Assembly: GCA_039545335.1 (NCBI GenBank) | Contig: BCIN01000002.1 | Coordinates: 1,005,118-1,069,117, forward strand | Direction: 5' to 3' | DNA length: 64,000 nucleotides | Source of the DNA: Kondoa subrosea | Lineage: Eukaryota | Part shown: piece by piece, positions 48,121-61,548 of the stretch | How the letters are laid out: every line of letters begins with the position of its first letter | Numbering within the stretch: position 1 is the stretch's first letter | Made by a program: the position numbers and the translations under genes | Notes under the pieces: generated by a model | The model's input: only the letters and a program-made list of their open reading frames with translations | Told to the model about the DNA's origin: nothing | Database searches by the model: none

Positions 48121-50535
48121 TCAAGCTTTAATGATGTTGTCGATAATATATTGAATGCCTTCTTGTCGCTTGTTCTGTCAAGGCACTCAGTCTTGACACT
48201 ATTCTCGCCGACTTTGGCTCACATCACGTTCAACAGTAGAGCCCTTAATCCGGAAAACAATCTGTTCAGCGCCCTCACTATACTTCGGCCATTCTACAGC
48301 AGCCGAAACTGAAGACATAGTTAGATGGCCTATAATGGGCTAGATCTGAGGCTCACAATTCGCATTGTTCGGATTACCGCTAAATATAGACAGCTTCAGA
48401 TGGCCGTAATGAGACTCATGGAAAGCGCTCACGTAGCGATGAAGCTAGTCCAAGCTCGGCTCATGTATTGACCAAGGGCACGATCGTCAGCTGGAGCTCC
48501 TGGACCGAGATAAGTAGCTGTGAAGTGGTTGGTCTGCCAGAAATCGGTGCTGATGTAGCCGAATCAGACTTATAAGAACAAGAGACGTATCATGCTCACT
48601 TGTTGTTTTGAGTATTGAACACATACGCAATCTCTGTGAAGTGTCCAACGTAATCTTGCACACCGTATGAGACAGACCAAGGGATGTGATTGAATCTGCA
48701 GGTCTCGCTTCAGTCAAGTTTAGTGCAAAAGCCAGACAGTACCGACAGATACTTGTAGACTGGAACTTGGCTCGAAATTTGTTGAGCTACAAACCGCGGA
48801 GAGGCTCCGTAACGACGATCTCCGATAATGGCAGCGACTTGCTTGTTATATCGACCAGGAGTAACAAAGGCACCATTCTGGAAGCCGCTTACTTGAAAAT
48901 CACCAGTATTGAAGGGCACGCCGAGCTTCGGGTCATCTGGGTAGAGCTTTAGTAAAGCGTCGATGTCGGCCTCAGAAGTAGAAACGCTTGACAGAGCTTC
49001 GCGTCTTTCTTCGGTAGTATTGGCACCAGGAGTGAAGAAAGATTGTCCCTCGTCCGCATTGCTACCAATCTAAAAAGTCCACAATGAGCATACGCCAAGA
49101 CACGAGGGAATTGCTGACGATGAAAGGGACTTTGACATATAGACCTTTTTGAAAAGCCACCGCTGGGCTGGTTTCGCGAAGGAAAGAGCCATCACGTGTA
49201 TTTCCAGTGCTTCCGGTCGTCGCGTTGCGGAAGACGGTTACGTCTAGCCCTCGAACACATTCTAATTGATCTTGAACAGAAGCGCTGGCGACCGATGAGC
49301 AGGTCGTATTGGCTATCAGATTATCCCATGTTGCTTGATAGGCTGCAGAATTGGGTTCGAGGTATGGTGAACTAGCGTCGCCTGATTCTACGATAGCTTG
49401 ATGGAACAGGCCATCGTCTCGTCCGCCGTTCGCGACGACTTGTGCAAACACTGATCTTGCACCCGCACTGTAATGTATCTTGTCATAAGGGCATTGGCAG
49501 TTGTAGGACATTCGACTCGCCTCTCTCCCATGATCGTTACTTTGCTGCTATCACCGCCGAACTTCTCAATATTGGCTTGAACTGCACAGCTACAAGTCAG
49601 CATCAAGCTTGCAGGCTTATCAAATTACGAACCCCATTCTAAAGCTAATCTTTGGTCAAGGAAGCCAAGATTCAGAACATCAGCTTCCGCTAGTTGTTTG
49701 CTGGCCAAGAAGCCGAACGAAGCAAGTCGATAGCTGTGAGACTCGTTAAGACAGTATATCTACTGCAGCAAACTTATCGCTTACTTGAAAGAGACGAATA
49801 CGATAGGTTTGCCATTGTCGACAGAAGCTTGCACGAAACCAGTTGCGTTATAACGATAGTCGCCCTGATGAGACCTTGAGAGGAGATTCATTACAGTCAG
49901 AGTATACGTACAGAGCCGCCAGTTGTCTGTAACATTCCGGTCAAGATGTGCGAATTGCCATTATAGCAGACTCACAAGACCTCCTCCATAGATGTACACT
50001 ACTACAGGTACTTTGGGTTGCGAATCATACACACCGTATCTATTTGCCCTTCTCAGCTCTTTCTGACTTCAGTATACCATACTTACGGCCTGACGACATT
50101 GATAGTAAGGCAGTCTTCCGAACTAACGAAGCCTGATTGATTTCACTTGAGCTCTACTACTGTAGCGGAATTAGCGTGACCGACCCGAGTTGTCGTTAAA
50201 TCCATTCGCAGGCACTCGAGACCAGCAAAGAGGTCCATATTTCGTGAAGCTTTTTTGTCCAAATGACTTGGACAATGGTTGCGAGCGTGCGAGTCGACGA
50301 GGCGGATCGGCAAACGGAATGCCTAGGAAGAGTTCTTGACCAAATTGAGGTTGAGATAGACCGCTGCGAAGCGAATGGTAAGCTTGGTGCAAGAAAGAGA
50401 TATGTTACAAGAGGCTCACATGACAGTACCATTCTGTATCGTCACTGAAGGTGGACCATCGTTGTTGCGCGCTTGTAGAGGTGATGCTCCCACAAGAGCG
50501 GAAAAGATCAACAGAGGCAGAATTGAAGCAAACAT
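48121..50535 (-). CDS. Secreted type-B carboxylesterase/lipase
   Basis: Signal peptide MFASILPLLIFSALVGA, FLGIPFA, SEDCL, IYGGG, NLGFLDQRLALEW, FGGDSSKVTIMGE|SAG, LFHQAIVESG, WPKY. Confidence 0.92.
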
Positions 50536-51020
50536 CTAAAGTCCTTGATGGAAGAAGAGGCTGAGAGCATTGAGAGGAGCAGTAGTCTCCACCCTATAGG
50601 CAGATGTGTAGAGGCGGGCAGCATAAGGAGAATAACGTGCACTTTGCCAAGCGCTCTAATATCGGGAAGCAAATAGCTTCGATCAGGCAAGGCAACGCAG
50701 TAGCAGTCTTGCCTGAAGTGGATATCTGATGTGCTTAGGGGGATCGCGGCTGAATGGAGCAGCTTGCGGACAAGAGCCGCATCAAACGACGAAACAGATA
50801 GCTAGAACAGGCTTCTAAGAGCGAATCGTAACGACTGCGATGAAGAGGAAGATTGCAGCTCAGTCGCTGTGCACAGAGAAGCCCTGTCGTCGAATTTTGG
50901 AGATTGCTTAGTAATGCAACAACAATGGACTTCCAAGCCAGGGAACGGACAGGAATCAGTCGTCTATCATGCTGCTGCTACAGCTATTATCTCTGCCTCA
51001 AGAACCTGGATTATATGATC

Positions 51021-53458
51021 ATGGCCCCATTTCAAAGTCGGACCACAATTGTGTATTTGGGAGAAACGGGAAACAATGCTGCTCTGCAGGAGACAAGGAG
51101 TCATGAGGGGTGCGAGAGTATACAGCGCTGAGGACCTTCATGATCTCGAGCTTTACAACAAGCAGGTGCCATTAGGTATGTAATTTTAATGGTGCAGGAG
51201 ATAAACTAATACAAGTTAGGTTACTGGATTGGACTGCTGTGCATGTAAGTTGTGATTTTGAGGACATGCCATTCGCAGGCTGATCTACGTAGAATGGGAG
51301 CTGTTGGACTTGCAAATCTTCTTGGGAAGATCCACAGCTTAAGGCGAAGACGATTGGCCGGGAAGTATGCCCTCTTACGCGAAAGAGCGCCCAAAGGCTG
51401 CTCTCGAACAAACAAAAAGTGCACGCGGTGGATGCCGGCGTTTCTTCAAGCTATTGTCAGGAAACACTCCATTCGCAAGAACAGAGTTGCAGACTTCTTC
51501 TATGTTTCTAACATTGGTCAGTTGGCCCTCATTATTCTCTACATCACCTTCGTCTTCATTCTGGCATTCGTTGGGGCGAAGAGTGATATCAGCTGGCAAG
51601 CTCATCATTGTGCTCGTTTGGTGAGCGCGATGTTGCCTCTTATTATTGGTGCGTGCGATGTTTAAAAAGAATTGAGTAATAATCTTATTGCGCGTCAGCT
51701 CTTGCATCAAAGAACAATCTTATCAGCTACCTCGTTAGTGTTCCTGGCCCTAATCCAGGTCACATTCTGACTGAAATGCAGACCGGCTTCTCGTATGAAT
51801 CCCTCAACGTGTTTCACCGCATAACAGCTCGGCTAGCAGTCTTACTCAGTATTATACATGTCGCTGGCCGTAGTACGTGCTAGCTATATGCGACTTCAAC
51901 TGCCTTGCTCATCGGCCGTTAGTTTACGTCGGAGAACCTTCGTCAGATCCTCGAGGTCGTGGACAAGCCTATATCAGCTACGGAATAGTCTCTTTAATCG
52001 CCTTCCTATGGATGACCATTGGATCAGCTCGACATTTCCGAAACATGTACTATACCTTTTTCATCATTACTCATGTCTTTTCCCTCTTCGTCCTTTTTGT
52101 CGCATTATGGCTTCATCGACCTCAAATGGGTAATTGGGTAGCAGCTGGAATCGCAGTCTACTTCCTCGATCGAATATGGCGGACTGGGAGGATCATTCTT
52201 TATCACTACATCAGAGTCGTACCAAAATCAGAAGAGTCAAACGCTTTCGTCGAAGCCTTGTCGAACAATACAATCAGAGTTAGCGTTGTGACTAGACAAT
52301 CTTGGTTGCCCGGTGCACATGTTTATCGTAGGCTTTTTCTTCGCGCATTGATACAAAACTGATCTGCAAACAGTACATTGTCCTAGTATTAGCGCAGGCG
52401 GACATCCATTCAGCGTATGCAGCATCTCTCGACCTCTGGGACAAACAGACAACACAAGACCGAAACAAGCTAAGCAAGAAATGCTCATTCGCGTTCGGAA
52501 TGGAGTGACCAGGAAACTGTACAATCTGGCTATGAGCAATACTTCAAAGGATCTGGAGAGCGGAAAGAAGTCTCAATGGCCCAGAAGCGAATTACCTCTG
52601 TGTTGGACCGAAGGCCCTTGTTTGTCATTGTCTACGTTCTTGCAGCCAAGCTGATAACAGCGAAAGACGGAGTAAGACAACACCTTGGCGAGGAATATCA
52701 GAGTGTCCTTCTTGTTTCGTACGTCTCAAGCTCCATCATATCAGTCGAGTACTTAATTTGGTGATTGATGCAGGGGCGGAAGCGGTGTAACGTTTGCGCT
52801 TCCAATTATGTTGGACATAGTAAGAAGAGCGCATAGTATGGCACAAGGGTGTACAGAGCTAGCGTGAGCCATATTGTTTGTATGTGCGTAATTGGCTGAC
52901 GAAAAAAACAGTATCGTTACCGAGCGGCTCACTTTTGTCTGGATTATCCGTGAAATAGGTAAGCACAGGCATTATAGCAAGTGCATGGCTGATGTATGAT
53001 TACAGAGCAAATCGAATGGCTCCGGCCTCAATTAGAACAAGCTGCTTCTTTGGCGCCCAAAGAGTTTCTTCGCATATTGATCTATTGTACGAAGATGCCA
53101 GCAACAAAGGATGGCGAAGCACCTCCTGAATTACAAGGCGCAGAGATCATTAGCGGTCGACCAAATTTCAGTTCCGTACTGGAAGAAGTTATTGAATCCT
53201 CTGATTTCAGTGAGCCTTTCCATCTTCAAATTGTATTTGACTGAGTAAACCTCAAAGGCGATTGGGTCAGCGTGGGCGTTTGCGGTCCAAGCAAAATGGC
53301 AGCCGATCTAGCGGAAGCGACAAGTAATGCCATTTTACCCGCAAAGGTATTGAAAGGAGAACATAGACGAAACCCCTACTTTCATCAAGAAGAGTTTGTG
53401 AGCGCCTCTTCACCTTTCTGACGTCGATATTGACGGAATATTGCCATAGGGTTGGTGA
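51021..53458 (+). CDS. Ferric reductase (FRE/NOX family) membrane oxidoreductase
   Basis: KNNLISY|TGFSYESLNVFHR, HV..H heme ligands, HPFS (FAD), GGSGVTF, WII, CGP..M, FHQEEF|GW*; 5' start uncertain. Confidence 0.88.
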
Positions 53459-53671
53459 TCTTAGAATCCAGCTTCTGTATTCGTTCATGTATTGGGTTGC
53501 TGTTGTACATATGTAATGATTCTCAATTCAACGAGCTTGCAGCTGTGTTGGGACTTCGATCGCGTCTCTTCTTCGCTTTTCGACAACCCCGCGCGTACTT
53601 TCGAATTTCTCGTGTTGTTCTTCTTTCACGTCCGAGCTTGGGTCAAAGATTGTACAGCACCCTGTTCAGCT

Positions 53672-56530
53672 ATGAGCTCGTCACTCATCATCAAGAAGCC
53701 TCTCAAAGCCACCTATGGCCGGCGAACAGCAAACCAAAAGTCAACTATCACTCTACCGAATCCTGAGCCTGATCAGCCTGTGCAAGCTGACATGCATCTT
53801 TCTGTCCAATCTACACTCGCATTGAGTACTTCAAAGAAACGCAAACCCTCAGACCGGGCAGACGAAGAAATCAGCGAACGCATCATGCCTGGGAAGAGAC
53901 GTCGGACTTTTGCTCTGTCAGCTCGTGATCCAGAAGTTCAGTCTGATGGACAGTTACGTACTGTGTCTCCTGGATCGGCGCCAGTCTCTGTTGTCTCGCC
54001 GGCAAATATGCCAGATGCCAATGAAGACACCTCATTCGAAAGTCTGGAGTCTGTCGAATTCGAGACGGTACCACAAGTGATGGATGTCGAAGATACTCTA
54101 TCGATCAATTCTAGAGGAAGCAGTCAGAGCAAGGGCAAGATGAAGATGATTGATCGAATGAATGCTCGACCCAGGAGCAAACGATCCGAAACGCCCGAAA
54201 GCAGCAGTACGATGTCGCGAACAGATTCTCTTGCTCTTCTGATCTGTGTATTGATAGATTATGGCTCGCCTTGTCCTTCCCAATCTTCCACGCCAACTCC
54301 AAGATCAAAATTGTTCCGAACTACTTCAATGCCAGCTGTGGCTCCATCTCCTTCACGTAATCTCACTCGTCAGAATACAGCTCCTGATCTGAACTCATCG
54401 CAAGAAGAATCTCTGTCGCCCGTCCGACCATCTTTACGACCTGCAATCATTGCACCGGGTGGTGGGCTCAAGCGGACATATGCAAGATCTCGAAGTTTTC
54501 AGAAAGAAGCCATTCAGCCTGGAGAAGATCTCTTGGCGCCATTACCTTCCCTAGCAAAAAGTACAAGTTTAGGAGCAGGGATGATCAAAGCTCGACAAAG
54601 TTATGCAGATATGAGAAAAACTTTAGGAGAGGCAGATGATGACGGCGATGAGGAAGAAGATGGCGATTCTCAGCAGGACAGTCAGCTTGGTTTGCTTTCA
54701 ATATCGGATTTGAGGTCGCATGGAGAGATGAAGCGATTCGACGACGAGATGGCATACTTGCTGGATGGTCTGCGACCGGAAGAATCGATAGGTCTACGGC
54801 GAACTAGGTGCGTGGGATCTACTGACCAACAACCTCACTTTGCTCATATCCTGAAAGCGCGATCGAAATCTTGCGCAAGCTCAGCGAGAACAACTTCATC
54901 AGAAAATTACGCACAGGGAGCTATCTGGATAGCCTATATCAAGACCTGTGTAACGCTGGCGCTGCCTCGGGTGATCGAGTAGGTTCTTTCTCTCAGGGCG
55001 GCATCTATACTAATAGCTGCAACAGGTGTTAGCTCCTTGCCTAGCCTTCTACCTAGCAACTATATTTAAGCAACAGCGAGACGCAGAAGCGATAATTATC
55101 AGCAAATCTGACTGTCTTGTCTTGCTCTCGAGCATGCTCTCGTCGGAATCTAGAGCTCACGATCTTGCAACTCATACAAAAGGACTTGGAAAAGCTGAGA
55201 AGACCTCTTTGGCTTCTTTGGCAAGTGTAATACGAACAAGTTCTCTTTGGTCCAATCCGGCTCTCGCATCAGAGAAGGTAAATCTTCCCCTCGAGTATAG
55301 GTGGAAACAAGCTAATTGTCGCTTCTAGATCACGACAAGGCGCCTTGTTTTGTCTGCTTTCACTAGTCTAGCTGGTCATTCCCCTTCGGCCCAAACACAA
55401 CCTGTTCTATTGCTAGTCACTTCGGGCGCTTTCGCCAGCAGCACGAGAACACTCTTTGCTATTCTCGATGACGTTGTCAGCCCAACATTCGGTGATGATG
55501 TACGTCCATCTAGGTTTTGAGACCCAGTCTCTACTAATGGTCCGAAAGATTATTGAGATGTCACCAAACTTTGGCTTCGACGAAGTGGACGATTGCCTAC
55601 AAATAATGGAAGCGTGTACATCCGCTTCACAGCACTTGCCAGCGGATATAGAGATTGCTGCTCAAACGAAGTATCTGACAAACCTACTGGTCGCATGCCA
55701 TTCAACAGCTTGCGGAAAAGATATATATCTTGCTTCTTCAGGTAAGTACGATCTCAATTTGGTCATAGCATTCAATTGACTTAGACGACAGCATTCGACT
55801 GCATGATGACCGCTTTACGAGTGCTCATCAATCTCGTCAGTCTGGCTGAAGAGTATACCACCTCCTTCATCGATCAAACACCGATTCTCTCTCTCCTGAT
55901 CCAGCTCATTCTGGCATCAGAGAAACCGTCAACATCCTCAGATACAAATGCGTCGAGCGAAACATCCCATACCAGCAAAACCAAAGTTTCCGCCAGCTTG
56001 CTGAAATTCGATCTGCTTTGTCTGTCGCTTGGTCTTCTTACAAACCTACTCGAGACTTACAAGGGTGATGGCTGCAGCAAGTTCATCAATACTTGTAAGC
56101 ATTCGCTGATGCTGCTGTGCACTTGCTAATCACAATTCCAGCTTATTCGCCAGAATGCACCGGATCCAGCTCTTGTCTCCCGGTCTGCAAGTGTCCGAAT
56201 CAGATCTCAGCCATTCATGTCTTGACCAATCTCTTTCTCAATCATCTTCCGAAAGATTCAACAACCTCTTGCCCAGATGACGACTTCATTCGATCTTACA
56301 CCTGCCTGCTGCTAGGGCTCCTCATGATAAGCTCTAAAGAGCAACAGAAGGTGGTTTTGCAAGATGTGAGAAGTGTAGAGCAAGCGCCAGAACGATTGGT
56401 AAAGGCCTTGAGCGAATTTGCTAATATGCACGCTTCGCTCGAGAGCAATGTTGGAGTCGCGGAAGAAGATGGAACTGGTGATGCTCTCAAGGGAATGATA
56501 GCGGAGTTGAAGAAAGCTCTTGCAACATGA
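53672..56530 (+). CDS. Cohesin release factor Wapl (Wpl1/Rad61-like)
   Basis: Disordered N-terminus with TYGRR and RTYARSRSF; SISDLRSHGEMKRFDDEMAYLLDGL..LRRT|SAIEILRKL; ALRVLINL; DLLCLSLGLLTNL. Confidence 0.85.
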
Positions 56531-56710
56531 TTGCGTCAGCAAATTCACTTTGAGCTCTCGCTTCTATCGGAACAGTGACTTGCTTCAGACTCGCGCCATA
56601 AGTCTCTACTAGCTCATACCTCCTTCACCTGCGCAAGTGCCTGACCTGCTTGCATCCCTCCACAAACACGAAAATCGCATTTACGCGAATTGCATATATT
56701 TGATCGCGTA

Positions 56711-58030
56711 ATGACCGAACAAACGACTCTCTCGGACTGTTGCCTCACTGGCCATCTGCATTCTGGCACTCCTGTCGGTAGTGAGGTCACACTAGATGGA
56801 CTTCCATGCTATATCACGGGCAAAGAGCAGAATAAGCATAAAACAATCTTTGTCATCCGTCAGTCTTCTTGCGCGATGTACTTCTGGAAGCTCCTTTTGA
56901 CCTGCTGTCATATTACACAGATGATGTTTGGGGCTGGCAAATCCCTAACACTCGTTTGGTTTGCGATGAATATGCTGCACAAGGTACGTCTGCTGTCGAC
57001 CGAATGCAGAGGCGCTAATGTGGTTGCGGCAGGCTTCTATGTCGTCATGCCTGATCTAGGTAAGTCATATTCCGCAAAGTGCGAGCAGACGAGTTGAAGC
57101 CTTTCTGCTTCAGTTCAAGATGATACTATGTAGGTCCAGCATCTATCCTGATCGTCGTGTTACTGATACGCTCCATAGTCCAGAATGGGTGTTGAAAATT
57201 GGAGCACCCAAGTGCGCCTAATCGCAGATATTATTGGGTGTATTGACTTTGCAAGCAGGAATCGAGAATTAGACAAGAAAAGTGCATTCGAGAAGGCAAA
57301 AGACACATTCTTAATGGGTGAGCGCAATGTCTCATGCTTCTCTTATCGCTCCTTACTCGATTGTGGCTTTAGGCGCTGAATGTGTGCCAGTCGCTTGTGC
57401 TAGTATTCATGCCCTGACACTTCCAGTTAGACGGTCCTTGGCTTATCAGACATCGAGAAGGTACATAAGGATATGAGCGATCACATTTACGTTTGCTCAT
57501 GTTTCTCGAGCCGTTACTAGACCCAAGATCGAAGCCTTCATTTCCCATTTGAGGAAGGACCCTAATATCAAGAAACTCTTTGGAATAGGCTACTGTTGGG
57601 GAGCTCGATATAGTATTCTTTTCGCTAAAGAAGGTGGTTTCGATGCGGTTTTTGGCGCTCATCCTTCTTTCCTGGCCATACCAAGCGATCTGGTGGAAAC
57701 AAACAAGCCTATCTCGATTGCTGTTGGAGACAAAGATACTATTATGAGCATCGCTGAGGTACATAAGCTGGAGGATGCTTTGAAAGAAAGATTTCAAGAA
57801 ACTGAGGTAATGTCTTTGTGAATAATCGATCGAGCACCGCTAATGCTGGCCAGGTGGTGATTTACAAAGATGCCATTCACGGATTCACTGTATGATCGTC
57901 CTCTATCGAGGGTGATCTTGCTCATCAATTCCCTATGCAGGTTCGAGGTGACCTGGAGAATGAGAAAGAACACACGCAGAAAGAAGAGGCAGTCAATCAG
58001 GCTGTTAGATGGTTCAATAGATTCGCTTGA
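56711..58030 (+). CDS. Dienelactone hydrolase family protein
   Basis: CCLTGHLHSGTPVG, DVWGW..N, GFYVVMPD, IGYCWG (nucleophile Cys), AHPS, VGDKD, AIHGF..RGD. Confidence 0.9.
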
Positions 58031-58075
58031 TCTTCGTTTGCGCAATAGCCAATGTATAGATGTGTGCCAGTCCTA

Positions 58076-58755
58076 TTATGAATGCTGTTTCTCCTCGAGC
58101 ATGCGGAAATCTTCGAACTCGAAACCTGGAGTAACGAAAGTAGATACAAGGCAAGCTTCATCTCCTTCTGCTGATACTCTCTGCCACATCCCTGCTGGAA
58201 TGACATGTTGGAAAGTCTGACCGTCTTGTACGTTTGGTCCTAGAATAGTTTCTTGTACCTTGTCAAATGCTGGTCCCGCGCCCCCGAGCTCTTCACTGTC
58301 GCCAGTCGACGGTGCAGTAAAGATTCTAGCATCGGATGAGACAGAGTCGAGTAAGCTCCTCGCAGATTTCTCACTTCAGAGATCCACCCGTATTGTACAC
58401 TGCCCAGACATTGGTTGAATCAACGAGCGCTGTGAATAGCTTACCAAAAATTTCATCCGAGCGAACAACATGCCAAGACGTCGTCACGCCTGCCGGTACG
58501 AGAAAGTAGATCAAAGTGCTCGCAACGCGTTTGCCATCATAATCGGGCGCAGAGATTTCGACTTTAGACTTGTAAGTCTGGCGATAGAAACCCTTGGATC
58601 ATCATGAGCGGAAGAAACAGAGTGAAAAAGGAACATAAAGAACTCTTTCAGGATGTGGCTCCAAATTGAGCAATTTGACCAAAGCGTCACTGTCTCGACC
58701 GCGTCAAGGCTTAATATAAGAATAGCGCTGCTGGATCCTACGTGTCGATAGGCAT
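58076..58755 (-). CDS. Cupin_5 (DUF985, yeast YML079W/Cff1-like) protein; not represented in ORF track
   Basis: LNLEPHPER|GFYRQTY..STLIYFL..SWHVVRSDEIF..LGPNVQDGQTFQHVIPAGMWQ..LVSTFVTPGFEFEDF. Confidence 0.85.
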
Positions 58756-58896
58756 GGCAGCAGTTGGACAGGACTAAAAAGCACAAACGAAAGAACAATC
58801 TCATTGCCCAGAGCAGAAGACTTGAGAATGAACCGCGCACAGCAGAAGTAGAGATAGCACATGTCTTAGGTATTTAGATGATCATGTTACAGTGAG

Positions 58897-60894
58897 CTAC
58901 TGGTGGTTATCATGCAACCCTTTAGCAAATTCCTTCCGAGACATTTCCCAGTGCCAATGGTGCATGGATCAGCAACTGAAGTTTGTAGCCCTTTTTCTAC
59001 TAATGCGGCGCATCTCTCCATCCGGGTTGAGACTTCCACTGCTGAGCAAGCAAAGCGTATGAAATAAAGAGTGATGCCACAAAGATATACACTGTGTTGC
59101 TTCGTAGAGTGCTTGTCGGTTCTGCTTTACTCCAGGCAAAGATCCAGCCGGACATGAGTAGACCAATAGGAAATCCACTGGAAATGGCATTGCACGTCAG
59201 CTCTAGGAGGGCTAAAATTGATTCGCAACTCACACATTGGCAGCTACTTCTGTGATGGCACTCATGGTGCCCAAATCGGCTTGGCGAGGTGCCAATTCAG
59301 ATCCCAGCATGCCCAAGGTAATCTGATTCAGGTTTGATACTGGTATCTCGTTCAGTCTGGAGCCACTGGCAAGATCATAAATACTTACATACCCAGAACA
59401 GCAGAAAGACTGCAAGAACGCCATAGTACGCTATACTCTGATCATTCAATGCATGCACCCAAGAGAGTAAAGGTAAGAGGAAAGGAAAGGGAAGAAGCAT
59501 CCACACTAGATGATGTAGGAGCTTGTCTGCACCCAGTTTCTTGTGAAGCCGTGGAAAGAGAGGAATTTCGAAGCACGGAATCATGATCGCCCGACAAGCC
59601 AGTATTGTAGCTATCGATGTAGGCTTGAGAGCCAAGCCACCTTGAGCGATTGGTGCGAAGAAGGTCAGAATAGCTAGGTTGACACAAATGCCAGTGGTCA
59701 CTTGCAGTCCTAACCATAAGACGAGGTACAGCATGACATGAGGCGTAAATAAGGCTGCTGTCTTTGTCGCAGCTAGTTTTTGAACCTCTTGAATTTGCTC
59801 TGCGTCTTCGAGATGCTTGACTTGCTTCTTGATAAATGCAGGATGTGTTTCTTTCAGCTTGAATATGGCCAAGGGCACAAACATTGCGGGAATTACGGCT
59901 GCCATCATACTAGGAAGTGCGTAAGGATATTGTCTACATACGCTTAAGCGCAAGTTTGCTTGTGATTGTGATACTGCTCACACGAATAGTGGTATATGTC
60001 TCAAAGCTGGCCAATGATCGGCAGGTCGCGAGAATGTGCCTCCGATCGCAGGGCTAGCGATATATCAGTGTGAGTAACACAACTGCAACCGAAGGTAAAG
60101 CAATAATTCACCCAATTGTACCGCCACTATTGAGCAATGTTAGCTGAAACACCTCATCAAACCCTTTCGCTTACATCTGCCATGCTATGGAATAGCAAAC
60201 AAACATCCGGGCCAAATTGCTTGGGTGTGAAGATTCGATGAGCTGCACGCGAGACACGGCTACTTGCCCATTCAGAAGTCCAAGCAAGAATCGGAACACG
60301 AGCATATGCCAATACTTGGTTGAAAATCCAAAGAGCGAAGAAGCACAAGCTGCCGAGACGATAGCTATAAGAACCACTGGTTTTCTGCCATAGGAGTCGC
60401 TCGCCTGTTGAGAAGTCGATCAGATGAGGCTCGACATGTTTTGAATGCGATTACAATAGTCCAAAGAATCAATCCAATGAAGCATCTGTCAATGACTGTT
60501 CAATAAGCTTGCTCAAGGCACGGAAAGGGCAGAATCACCCTAGACTAGCAGCAGTCTCGACATAGCTTGCATCTACAGCATTCAAGGATCATCGATGTCA
60601 GCGAACCAGGAAGTTGCTTCTGAAGAGGCTCTTGACATACAAGGACCAACAGCCGCGCCGTGAGCTGGAGCATCATTAAGCTCTTCGATGTATTGACAAA
60701 TGTAAGCGAAAATGACAGAGAATTGAATAGGTTGACTGTAACCAGTATTTTAGCTTGGCATGAAACTAGCATTCAAAAACTCACGAAGCTTTCCATACAC
60801 AGATGAGAAATACTTGCATCCATGGCACGGGAACAACGTCCTTCGTTTTAGGCAGCAAAGCATCCCTTTCCGAGCGGCCCTTGATCACAGTCAT
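58897..60894 (-). CDS. MFS transporter (12-TM, DHA1/ZIFL-like)
   Basis: PVPWMQV, SDSYGRKPV, LFGFSTKYWHMLVFRFLLGLLNG, YPYALP, LKETHP, GGLAL. Confidence 0.85.
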
Positions 60895-61548
60895 TACTAC
60901 AGAAAGCAAAAGAAAGAGGCGCAAAGCTGGACGAAGACAAGAGCAGCGTAGAGACAAGCATTATTATCAGCGTGGTACGTAGAGCGGCTGAGAGGAGGCG
61001 AAGGGAATTCGAGAAGCCAGATTCTCTTGATCCACTGATAGACGAAACGGACAAACGGCACGACCCGCGGACGTAGTCTTACCCACGAAACGTCTAAAGC
61101 AAGCTAGTGGCTCGAGAGCGGAGCCCTGTGTTTCTGAAACCGTCGGGCAGAATATTACATAATGAAACTGAACCTTTCACGAATCAACAAGATATTAGAA
61201 CCCAAGGCAAAGGGAGAGGCGAGCCATGTAGTAGCAAGCAATGCAGGCTGACAAGTACTTTCATAAAGAGGTATTGAGTCGGAATATTAGCCACGACGAG
61301 GCACGTTGGGATGGTTGACGTTCGCTGACCTATTTCGACAACGAACTTGCGAAACTCTCAGCAGACGCCTGACTGAATACCTGAGGCCTTGAGTGGCCTA
61401 CATATTCCCTCAGGAACTATACCTGCTTGCTTGTCCTGGCTGGAGGACATTTGCATTCGTTACTCAAGCTTCTCAAACTCGCTTGACTTGTTTGTCCAGT
61501 CAATTTCACGCCGCGTCTCGTCCGAGAACCTCGCGAGAGCTTCAAAAC

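Noticed and set aside
48121..60894. Secondary-metabolite cluster (esterase, reductase, hydrolase, cupin, MFS)
   Set aside because: No PKS, NRPS or terpene backbone gene, and interrupted by housekeeping WAPL
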